Both the position numbers and the translations under genes were made by a program. This document shows, in pieces, positions 27,863-36,937 of a DNA stretch of 45,268 nt (position 1 is the stretch's first letter; each line of letters starts with the position of its first letter). Location: positions 530,627-575,894 of the forward strand of contig JAQTYF010000001.1 of NCBI GenBank assembly GCA_028688415.1, in the 5' to 3' direction. The notes below the pieces were generated by a model. That model was not told the DNA's origin. It did not search any database and worked only from the letters and a program-made list of their open reading frames with translations. The DNA is from Candidatus Moraniibacteriota bacterium. Its GTDB lineage: Bacteria > Patescibacteriota > Minisyncoccia > Moranbacterales > UBA1568.

Positions 27863-28360
27863 TTACCGACCCATTCTCCATCCGCCATTCAGTGAATTTT
27901 GCTGTATATTCTCCCCTGGTATATACTGTCGCATCATACTCTTCATCGGACCTCGACGAGAGAGGACGTCATTCAGTCCTGTCATATCAAGTATCCAGCC
28001 AGAAACAATGATAGCGAGAATGAATCTGAGAACGATCATTCTCACATCTCTTTTATATGAAAAATCATATTGCTTGAGACACCAAATGCCAATTATGATA
28101 CCAAAAAAAGCGATGAAAAGCGCCCACCATGGGAAGCTCGTCGTCAGCTGTTCCCATCGATATTCTCCCATCGGACCGTGCGATCGGAGAGAAAATCGCA
28201 GCAAACTGAAAAGAAATATCGAAGTCAGTATCGATGCAACCAGTCCGACAAACGTCAGTATCGATCCCAGAACAAAATACGCCTTGGGACGCATCTTGAT
28301 ATGATCCGTATGGATTTTTTGCATCACAGATCCTGAGAGCGTTTCTAATTCTTTTGACAT
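27863..28360 (-). CDS. Membrane protein, putative anti-sigma partner
   Basis: Overlaps the sigma gene stop by 16 nt. 165 aa with several TM segments. The call rests on position only. Confidence 0.45.
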   Translation of the reverse strand: MSKELETLSGSVMQKIHTDHIKMRPKAYFVLGSILTFVGLVASILTSIFLFSLLRFSLRSHGPMGEYRWEQLTTSFPWWALFIAFFGIIIGIWCLKQYDFSYKRDVRMIVLRFILAIIVSGWILDMTGLNDVLSRRGPMKSMMRQYIPGENIQQNSLNGGWRMGR

Positions 28361-28887
28361 ACGCGTTTCATTACTATTTTAGCTCGATTGATACGAGTAG
28401 CGACGGTTCCGAGAGGGATGTGGAGTATATCACTGATTTCTTCGTATGATTTTTCTTCTATATATCGAAGTGCGAGTGGTTCCGAATAGAGTATCGGCAT
28501 TTTTTCGAGGCATTTTTTGACTGTCTCAGTGATTTCCTGCTGTTCGAAATCCTCTGCGATATTCTCATCACTCGGGAAATCAATATCATCGAGAATTGGC
28601 ATTTCTTTTCGATATTTCTTGATCACATTCATCGCTTCATTGTGGACGATACGATATATCCAGCTCGAGAACTTTTTCTTCGTATCAAAACTCTGAAGGT
28701 TGACGAACGCCTTGATAAAAGATTCTTGGACAATATCAAGAGACGCGTGTTCATCTCGGATCAGACTCATAGCATAGCGTAAAAGCTTTCCCTGATACCG
28801 ATCAACAATCACAACGTAGAGTTCCTGATCGAGAGATCTGACTTTTTCTACAATAACTTCATCGGTGAGATTTTCGTTTTCATCCAT
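28345..28887 (-). CDS. ECF-type sigma-70 family sigma factor
   Basis: Region 2 (FSSWIYRIVHNEAMNVIKK) and region 4 (RYIEEKSYEEISDILHIPLGTVATRINR). Start at MDENEN. Confidence 0.85.
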   Translation of the reverse strand: MDENENLTDEVIVEKVRSLDQELYVVIVDRYQGKLLRYAMSLIRDEHASLDIVQESFIKAFVNLQSFDTKKKFSSWIYRIVHNEAMNVIKKYRKEMPILDDIDFPSDENIAEDFEQQEITETVKKCLEKMPILYSEPLALRYIEEKSYEEISDILHIPLGTVATRINRAKIVMKRVCQKN

Positions 28888-28963
28888 AATGGAAGTATAA
28901 CAGAACAAGAGCCATTCTCCACAAAGCCCCGATTTCTCGGGGCCGTGTAGAAAACAGACTCTC

Positions 28964-29332
28964 TTAACGATTCATGCCTCTGCCCATTCCCATTCCTTGG
29001 CCAGAGCCGTTACGGAGTCCAAGTCCGAGTTCCTGACGAACCTTTTGTGCTTCAGCTGTTTTTCCATCTTCAGAAAGTTCATGCACTTCGGCAAACTTCG
29101 CAAAGTTATCCTGATTGATAACACGTGTCACGTTGCCTCTTCCCTGCATCAGATCTTTCCAAGCGTTATAATCCTTGTTCTCAAACGCTCTCTCCATCGC
29201 CTCATGACGTTCAGGAGTATAGTTCGGACCTTGAACATTCACATCTCCTCTATAGGCGAGTGCTGTGGCAGATATACCTGCTACACCCAAGAAGAGTGCG
29301 AGTGCTCCGAGTCCCAGTGTTGTTTTGTTCAT
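28964..29332 (-). CDS. Small secreted helical protein with Gly/Met-rich tail
   Basis: Signal peptide (LGALALFLGVAGISATALA) and C-terminal GSGQGMGMGRGM. Reminiscent of envelope-stress proteins, but not assigned. Confidence 0.6.
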   Translation of the reverse strand: MNKTTLGLGALALFLGVAGISATALAYRGDVNVQGPNYTPERHEAMERAFENKDYNAWKDLMQGRGNVTRVINQDNFAKFAEVHELSEDGKTAEAQKVRQELGLGLRNGSGQGMGMGRGMNR

Positions 29333-29442
29333 AGTATTCTGTATTATTTCCTTATTAAGAGAGATTTCGCGACATCTCTACTTCTACTACAATACAAGCC
29401 CCTCTTTTCTTTCATTATAAAAAATCAAATATGAACCAAAAC

Positions 29443-29740
29443 AAAAAAACACCACTTTGGCTTATCCAAGGGTGTTTTTGCAAAAAGACATATCAAAACT
29501 TTTGAGAGAGATGGAGGGGAACTGTTGGTTCCCCTCCACTCATATAGGTCAGCTCGATTGGTTGACGGACGTTGACACCCGCCATCGAGCCTTCCTCCAG
29601 CAATTGCCCCGAAGGTTTCTACATAAGATCCAACAAACCTCATTGCATCATTCTACCCCTGTAGCTAATGCACGATTGTTTCCGGGCCCGTCAGATTAGT
29701 ACCGATACTTTAACGTGGGGTCGTTTCCTCTTTCTCGTAA
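29443..29740 (-). ncRNA. Unassigned structured region (candidate ncRNA or long leader) ending in a strong terminator
   Basis: Bounded by the upstream gene terminator (29741-29777) and a hairpin plus U-run (29443-29476). Contains a 10-bp hairpin GGAGGGGAAC/GTTCCCCTCC (29513-29537) and a 7-bp GCTCGAT/ATCGAGC helix. Only short ORFs that look spurious. Confidence 0.4.
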
Positions 29741-29777
29741 AAAGAAAAAAGGCTACCAGGTTTAGAACCAAGTAGCC
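29741..29777 (-). terminator. Intrinsic terminator after the 325-aa gene
   Basis: Minus strand GGCTACTTGGTT..AACCTGGTAGCC followed by UUUUUUCUUUUU. Confidence 0.65.
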
Positions 29778-29798
29778 AATCGTGTACTCTTCGACGAG

Positions 29799-30776
29799 TC
29801 AAATGATTTCATTTTTTGCTCGCTTTTTGCTCGCTGCTTTTTCTTCGAGATACGCTTTATTTCGCCTATCGATCTCTCTGTTTTCAGCTTCACGTTTTTT
29901 CACAGCGATTTGATATTCTTTCTCTTCATTTCTCTCATCGTCAATGACGAAGATCCATCCCAACAAACACAAGACGCTGCAGATTCCTCCCATGAATACC
30001 TTCGTTAGATCAAACCGATGGAAATCATCAGTTAGTCCTGAAAGCAGGAATGACGCTGCTACAAAACTCAAAAAAAGCAGGAAGACATACACATGAGCCC
30101 TACTTGGGGGTGGAGTGACATCTGGCAATCGTTTGATCACGTTCTTGTCTTCAAACAGTGACGCAATGAAGCCTCCTACAACCACAACCGCGACAGCTCC
30201 GGCGGTAACACAAGCGATATCTCCCAAGCTCATGCTAGAAGCGCTTCCGGCATTGCTATTCGTGGATACGCCGGTACTTTTCCCAGATCGGGATTCTCGT
30301 ACACTCACAGCAGTACCACTCCTCTTACACACGGGGTCCGAGCTAGTGCCTCCTGAAGAATATCCGTAGCTTCCGCCACTACCCAAAGGGGTATTCAGTG
30401 AACTACCCGATGATAAGTCAGAACTGTGTGCATTGGAATCATTGCCAATAGCACTTTCCCTCGATACTGGGTCCCACCAGAGATTGAGGAGACCCGACTG
30501 CTGTAGCTCGTTAGTCTCTGGGTCGGTGCGGGTCATTTTTCCAGCATCATTGATGACTGGACTCCAACTCAAGCCGAGTAAGTCAGACTGCTCCTTTATG
30601 CCAGTATCAGGATTTCTCCGACTCATTCTTCCTGATTCATTCGTCACTGGACTATAGAAAAGTCCAAGCGCATCTGACTCTTCAAGAACTCCCGTTTTCG
30701 GATTTTCGCGAAACATTGACATCTCCTGTAAAGAACTCCCTTGAACTAGATTCTCAGAATAGTGCACTAAAGTCAA
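29799..30776 (-). CDS. Hypothetical membrane protein with three N-terminal ~30-aa repeats
   Basis: Repeats NP-x-TG-x-x-E-x-SD-x-LGL-x-x-SPV-x-N-x-x-G-x-M, a Ser/Gly linker, TM segments and a Lys/Glu-rich tail. Confidence 0.6.
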   Translation of the reverse strand: MTLVHYSENLVQGSSLQEMSMFRENPKTGVLEESDALGLFYSPVTNESGRMSRRNPDTGIKEQSDLLGLSWSPVINDAGKMTRTDPETNELQQSGLLNLWWDPVSRESAIGNDSNAHSSDLSSGSSLNTPLGSGGSYGYSSGGTSSDPVCKRSGTAVSVRESRSGKSTGVSTNSNAGSASSMSLGDIACVTAGAVAVVVVGGFIASLFEDKNVIKRLPDVTPPPSRAHVYVFLLFLSFVAASFLLSGLTDDFHRFDLTKVFMGGICSVLCLLGWIFVIDDERNEEKEYQIAVKKREAENREIDRRNKAYLEEKAASKKRAKNEII

Positions 30777-30965
30777 TACCCAAGTTTGAATACCATTCTA
30801 AGTGACAAAAAACAAGGCTTGTTACAGACTCTCCTCCTAGGTCATAATTACAGCGTATTATGTTCTGAAACACTGCAATTGGACAATACTCTCAATAGCC
30901 ATTTCAAACCGCTCGCGATAATCCTTATTAAACAGATTCAGTCTACTCTGGATACTTTCTCGTGT

Positions 30966-31116
30966 AAAAAAACAAGAAAACCCATCTTGCGACGAGTTTC
31001 AATGTCCCTCCACGGCGGATAAACCTGCCCGAAATGCTACGCCCGCCAGAAACGCTGTATCTACTGCGGGCTGGCATAACGTTGCAGATGGGCTTACAGC
31101 ACTTTCCTGAAGAAAA
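30966..31116 (-). repeat. Element E1 (5'-truncated copy with modules A then B on the plus strand) ending in a terminator
   Basis: Shares terminator, GACATTGAAAC and CTGTAAG blocks with E2 and E3. A is at 31007-31024 and B at 31025-31093. Terminator stem is 30981-30996. Confidence 0.8.
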
Positions 31117-31118
31117 TA

Positions 31119-31147
31119 TTGACAAAAATCAATTTTAGGTGTATACT
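31119..31147 (+). promoter_or_regulatory. Consensus sigma-70 promoter facing the toxin gene 3' end
   Basis: TTGACA (31119-31124), 17 nt, TATACT (31142-31147). Confidence 0.6.
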
Positions 31148-31153
31148 GTATCT

Positions 31154-31208
31154 ATTAGTGGCTTCGGCCTCCGAGGACTCATCTGTAAAGGTGGGTCCGA
31201 TTTTTTTT
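31154..31208 (+). ncRNA. Candidate ~55-nt small RNA convergent with the toxin gene
   Basis: Downstream of the consensus promoter. UUCG-capped hairpin, then a 7-bp stem (31175-31181/31192-31198) followed by GA + T8. The 3' end overlaps the toxin stop codon. Confidence 0.45.
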
Positions 31209-31614
31209 AGAAACAGTCTTTGAGTCGCTTCAATACTTCGATGAAACTTTCTTCTGAAATTACTCCAACTTTTCTGAGGATGCGTTTAGAGCTCCATAAT
31301 CGCAATTGAGAAAGATTCGCATACGATACTCCTTTTGAATGTGCAACCTTCACTATATAAGGATTTTCTTTCGCCTTTGAAGTAAGTGGAATTCCCCAAA
31401 ACATCAGTCCGTTAAACTTCTTCACAAGTAACACTGGTCGTTCAAAATCATTATTCTTTCCATCAATCTCTACACCAACATTGATCCCGATTGCACACCA
31501 CCACACTTCACGTTCGTGAATAAAGAGATCTCGATCAACAGATTTTTTGTCTGTTTGCTTTTTCTTTTCATTCCACTTATCAAAGTTTTTTATATATTCG
31601 ATAATGTGTTTCAT
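31207..31614 (-). CDS. MazF/PemK family endoribonuclease toxin (N-terminally extended subfamily)
   Basis: EREVWWCAIGINVGVEIDGK..RPVLLVKK...GIPLTSK and ANLSQLRLWSSKRILRKVGVIS match the MazF/PemK core. No adjacent antitoxin-sized ORF. Confidence 0.8.
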   Translation of the reverse strand: MKHIIEYIKNFDKWNEKKKQTDKKSVDRDLFIHEREVWWCAIGINVGVEIDGKNNDFERPVLLVKKFNGLMFWGIPLTSKAKENPYIVKVAHSKGVSYANLSQLRLWSSKRILRKVGVISEESFIEVLKRLKDCF

Positions 31615-31642
31615 ATTTTTGTTTACACTACTTACATATAGT

Positions 31643-31672
31643 ATAATACAACATTTCGAGAAAAAGTGTCAA
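31643..31672 (-). promoter_or_regulatory. Toxin gene promoter
   Basis: Minus strand TTGACA-18 nt-TATTAT. Same architecture and leader as lexA. Confidence 0.6.
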
Positions 31673-31690
31673 GAGAGAAAACATTTTTTG

Positions 31691-31880
31691 AAAAACAAGA
31701 AAACCCATCATAAGATGGGTTTCAATGTCCTGCCCGCAATGCTACGCCCGCCAGAAACGCTGTATCTACTGCGGGCTGGCATAACGTTGCAGGCGGGCCC
31801 TCCACGGCGGATAAACTTACAGTACTACTTGAAGAAATTCCCCTCCATAGGTGGACTCTATCTTGGGGTAGAGTGCGTCC
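31691..31880 (-). repeat. Element E2 (full copy, modules B then A on the plus strand, plus an extra A-like 15-mer)
   Basis: B at 31730-31798, A at 31799-31816, extra CCTCCATAGGTGGAC at 31842-31856. Terminator CCCATC-ATAA-GATGGG at 31704-31719. Confidence 0.8.
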
Positions 31881-32077
31881 AAATTATTTACAGAATTATT
31901 CTGTTCCTTAAGTGTGGAAATACCTAATTCTTAGACTTTAAACTATCCAAAACTTCCCTAAATAAACGAATTTACATACTATTGGAAATGGTGTCCTTTG
32001 ATGTTTTTTTACTATCTCCATGCAGAAACTCTACAATTTTATTATACACCCTCCCAATCAAAGCCACGAATCCATAT

Positions 32078-34459
32078 TTATTGATAAAAACTTTTTATAA
32101 GGCTGTTGTATTTATTGTTCAATTGATTTCGTGTAACAATTCTTGCATTGAATGCCTTTCTATCCTTTTCGAAAGCATTATATGCTTTTTTATACTTGGA
32201 GAAATAATCGATATAATCATCATAATTGTTCGGCGTAAGATTTTTTTCGAGTTTTTTTATCTTATTTATCATTCTGCTGATTTCTTGATCTTGACTCTCT
32301 AGGTCCCTATCCGAAGCATACAGTTCCCTGTCCATCCTTCGTATCGTAGAGAGGAGGTTGTCGATTTCTTTTTGCGTATTTACCGTATCGATGATTCCAG
32401 TATAGACAAGTCCATTTGTCTTATTCAAAACCTCAATCTTCCCGAGAGGACTTGATGCATCTTCGGTTGCATCCGTTCCGTAATCATTGAGTACAATTTC
32501 CGATGCAGCGATTCCTGACTCCTTTATGATGCTTGGTGTAGATCCGATTTTATTCCCCAAACTTGTAGTCTCCAGGAAGCAGTACCCTGAATCATAATTT
32601 GAGTATTCCTGAGGGCATTCTACTCCTACTGCTATATGTTTATCTTCAGGAAAAAGGAAAAAAGAAGTACCGAACCCTAACTCTCTCAAAAGTAAGTAGG
32701 CGAGATAGCTTTTATCCTGGCAGACGCCTTTGTTTTCATAGAGAACTTCATATGGATACGTTGGTCTTTCGCTTATGCCGTTCAATCCTGCTTCTCTATT
32801 ATTAAACTTCTCGAAATCGTACGGGATAGTTTGGACGAGTGAGGTGACAAGCTCAGCCAACTGATTGTCATTGAAGTTATTCTTGTCACCAATAGCTTTT
32901 AATGATTGTGCGAGATCTTTTATGGTTGCGTCTCCATTTACTTCTCTCAGATAGGCATCATTATTCTTTTCCCACCAACCGACTGCAGACTCTCCGTTAA
33001 AGAGAGCGCCACTCGGTGATGACTGATAAAAGTTATAGTATGAATCATATAAACTCAAATCTAAAGAGTAGTTTTTCCCCTTATACTTCCACGAAAATGG
33101 AACTACTTTTTCGCCTCCTGGATCTGGTAGAATTCGTCCATCTTCACCGCTTATAAACTCGAGCCCATTCACGATCCACTGATTCCTAGCCACACGAAGC
33201 ATAGATATATCGAAACCACTTCCCGTTCCACTTTGTTCTCTACCGATTGCTATATGAGCCGAAGAACCATCTACTGCTTTTTTTTGAATCTTTAAACCGT
33301 GAATCATTCCGTTCTTCTCTTCATTGATTCGGACTACCATCGTATTCACCCACTCCTCCAGATCGTTATTTGAAAATGAAGCAGAATTTGACACAACTAT
33401 CACTCCGTTGGTTATTTCAGACTGAATAGTGGCGGTACTCACGAGCTGACCACCGAAATAGATTGCGAGAGTGCTGCCTACATTTTCTTTCGTTACATCA
33501 CTCAATATCGCACTCCCCTCACTATCAAACTCCAACAGTATCGCCATTTCCTTATTTGAATAATCAACCTGTGCAGACTTGAGCAGTTTTCCTGTAAGCC
33601 CAGTTGGAATAAATATTTCGGCATTCTTAGCAACTTCCGAATTCTGTTTTTTAATCTCTAGAAATGAAGTATTGAAAGTCTTGAAAAGAGAGGCAACTGA
33701 TTGATCAGATGTTTCACCGAAAACTTTTGTAGTAACATCAGCGTGAAGATATTTCTCCACCTCAACAACGTTTTCCGAAACGATGGCTTTCTTTATTTGG
33801 TATAAAGTATATTCTGGAGTTCCTATGATGTAAAAGATCACGGCTACAGAAATGAGCACTATAACAATAACACTGCCGAAGATTACTTGTAACAATTTTA
33901 TCTTCCCTTCTCTCTCTTTGCTGACATATGTATATATGAGCGCAGATATAATAGGAATGAATATCCCTATTAAAGTCGCAATAGGGGTATTCAACTGTAA
34001 ACGCTTTGCTATCTTTCTACAGTAAGAAACGCTCAATATCCATAAAGAAAGAGCTGCTAAAATAAAAAAGGATATAACATCCTTCATTTCTGGCGAAGTC
34101 ACTTTCAGTAAATCTGATATTTTCGGTATGCCGATATTCCAAGAAAGTAATATTGCAACAATTGTTCCTATTGCCCAAAAAAACCACAGGAACGATTTCA
34201 CTCCAGCCATTCTCTTCTTTATTATTGAGAAGATGCTAAACCCTAGAGTCAGAAGCCCAAACACTATGACAACTCTCCAGATATTTATTACTTCTACAAA
34301 CGCTTTGGTTTCATCATTCAAGTTCTGAGCATTCATTAGCAAGGTTGAACAAAAGAGAAGAAACCCAACAGAAAACACAGACGCTATAATGAAGGCCTTC
34401 ACAATGTCTAATTTTTTACTCCAAAGAAGTTTTACGAACTGCAACATACCAATTCTCAT
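32078..34459 (-). CDS. Large polytopic membrane protein with transglutaminase-like Cys-protease core and C-terminal coiled coil
   Basis: N-terminal multi-TM region, KGVCQDKSYLAYLLLRELG (TGase-like Cys) followed by DKHIAVGV and CFLETT, and a coiled-coil tail. Confidence 0.6.
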   Translation of the reverse strand: MRIGMLQFVKLLWSKKLDIVKAFIIASVFSVGFLLFCSTLLMNAQNLNDETKAFVEVINIWRVVIVFGLLTLGFSIFSIIKKRMAGVKSFLWFFWAIGTIVAILLSWNIGIPKISDLLKVTSPEMKDVISFFILAALSLWILSVSYCRKIAKRLQLNTPIATLIGIFIPIISALIYTYVSKEREGKIKLLQVIFGSVIVIVLISVAVIFYIIGTPEYTLYQIKKAIVSENVVEVEKYLHADVTTKVFGETSDQSVASLFKTFNTSFLEIKKQNSEVAKNAEIFIPTGLTGKLLKSAQVDYSNKEMAILLEFDSEGSAILSDVTKENVGSTLAIYFGGQLVSTATIQSEITNGVIVVSNSASFSNNDLEEWVNTMVVRINEEKNGMIHGLKIQKKAVDGSSAHIAIGREQSGTGSGFDISMLRVARNQWIVNGLEFISGEDGRILPDPGGEKVVPFSWKYKGKNYSLDLSLYDSYYNFYQSSPSGALFNGESAVGWWEKNNDAYLREVNGDATIKDLAQSLKAIGDKNNFNDNQLAELVTSLVQTIPYDFEKFNNREAGLNGISERPTYPYEVLYENKGVCQDKSYLAYLLLRELGFGTSFFLFPEDKHIAVGVECPQEYSNYDSGYCFLETTSLGNKIGSTPSIIKESGIAASEIVLNDYGTDATEDASSPLGKIEVLNKTNGLVYTGIIDTVNTQKEIDNLLSTIRRMDRELYASDRDLESQDQEISRMINKIKKLEKNLTPNNYDDYIDYFSKYKKAYNAFEKDRKAFNARIVTRNQLNNKYNSLIKSFYQ

Positions 34460-34654
34460 TATTGACTATAAGCGTATGGCGTATTCTTTCTTATGACGTC
34501 TATCTCTACGCTGACCAGAAAAAATGACCTTCAGAATCTCCTTTCTACCCCACTGACGAATAATATTTTGGTAGCATTTTGATTCCGTAACATTAGCTAT
34601 CTTATTATACACCCGAAATACTTCTAAACTAGTATATATCAAATTTTCTTCCAG

Positions 34655-34741
34655 AAAACAAGAAAACCCGTCTTGCGACGAGTTTCAATGTCTTACAGTA
34701 CTACCCGAAGAAATTCCTTTATCTTGGGGTAGAATGCGTCC
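34655..34741 (-). repeat. Element E3 (module-free copy), downstream of 16S, ending in a terminator
   Basis: Minus strand GGACGCATTCTACCCC..GGGTAGTACTGTAAGACATTGAAAC + CTCGTC-GCAA-GACGGG + UUUUCUUGUUUU. Confidence 0.75.
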
Positions 34742-34919
34742 AAATTATAAACAATTCATAATCTTTTGCGGTTAGTCCTTTTCGTAAGGTCTCTAGTTTT
34801 ATTATGTTTCATTGCTAGAAATGCTCTCGCCTAAGCGTCGGCACTTAATTATACAATGAACGACCATAATGGTTGTGAACCTGATTTTGAGTCAGAATTC
34901 GTACACCTTTATCTCCCTA

Positions 34920-36418
<1,499 letters not shown>

Positions 36419-36830
36419 AAATTCAATCCAATTCTACCCGAAGGTAGAAAAAAAATTCAATTTAGTTGATAGCATCACTGCTATCGAATAGAGATTCTTC
36501 CGTGTAATTCACCACGCGATTTACCGAAGTAAATTTTGCGTGGCTTCTTACAATTATTTTCTCTCTTCTGAGAATTGAATCTCTGAAGAAAAGAAAACAA
36601 GGACTAACCACAAAAAATTGTGACTATATTGTTTATTGTTTTGTTTTACTTCCTTCACGAGGGTAAATGAAGTAAAACTCTTTGGCTCAATTGTTAAAGA
36701 AAATTTCACCCGTTTTATCATTGAGATCTACTCAATAAAAAAGTCAGCCCGAGGCTGATCCGCCAACTGGCGGAAAAAACAAAGAGAAACAAAAGCAAAC
36801 TTGAGCGTTTATCTCATAGGTTGCTTCACC

Positions 36831-36858
36831 AGTATAGCAACTTTTCAGGGTGTGTCAA
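36831..36858 (-). promoter_or_regulatory. Candidate 16S promoter
   Basis: Minus strand TTGACA-16 nt-TATACT, about 400 nt upstream of the mature 5' end. Confidence 0.5.
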
Positions 36859-36937
36859 GCCCCTGTCTTAGAGAAAGAGTTTACAGCATTTTTTCAACGG
36901 ATTATATTTGAAAAAACCCTATTATAAAGCAAAAAAC

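Noticed and set aside
29443-29740. RNase P RNA, tmRNA, SRP RNA, T-box or cobalamin riboswitch
   Set aside because: GAGGAAA is present, but there is no matching P4 3' strand (ACAGAA..GGCUUA), no tRNA-like 3' end, no GGAAGCAGC SRP motif, no T-box GGGUGGUACCGCG and no B12 box. The region is left as unassigned.
31094-31120. Hammerhead ribozyme core (CUGAAGA in E1)
   Set aside because: The CUGANGA-like string occurs only in E1 (E2 and E3 read CUUGAAGA and CCGAAGA). No matching GAAA plus three-helix junction could be drawn.
30943-31125. 60-aa minus-strand ORF overlapping E1 as a candidate antitoxin
   Set aside because: It reads straight through the terminator hairpin and the repeat modules, has no RBS, and its sequence is low-complexity (Arg/Gly/Ser/Phe-rich). 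It is probably spurious, though it was not tested.
31691-31880. E elements or module B as a (permuted) 5S rRNA
   Set aside because: CUGGCGGGCGUAGC resembles the 5S helix I/loop A start. However, the loop C CCGAAC block and the loop E GAUGGUAGU/GAGAGUAGG blocks are absent, the length does not fit, and E3 lacks the module altogether.
30966-31895. Integron-like cassette with attC sites flanking the toxin gene
   Set aside because: The repeats lack complementary RYYYAAC/GTTRRRY core sites at their ends. They are direct repeats with intrinsic terminators, and no integrase is present.
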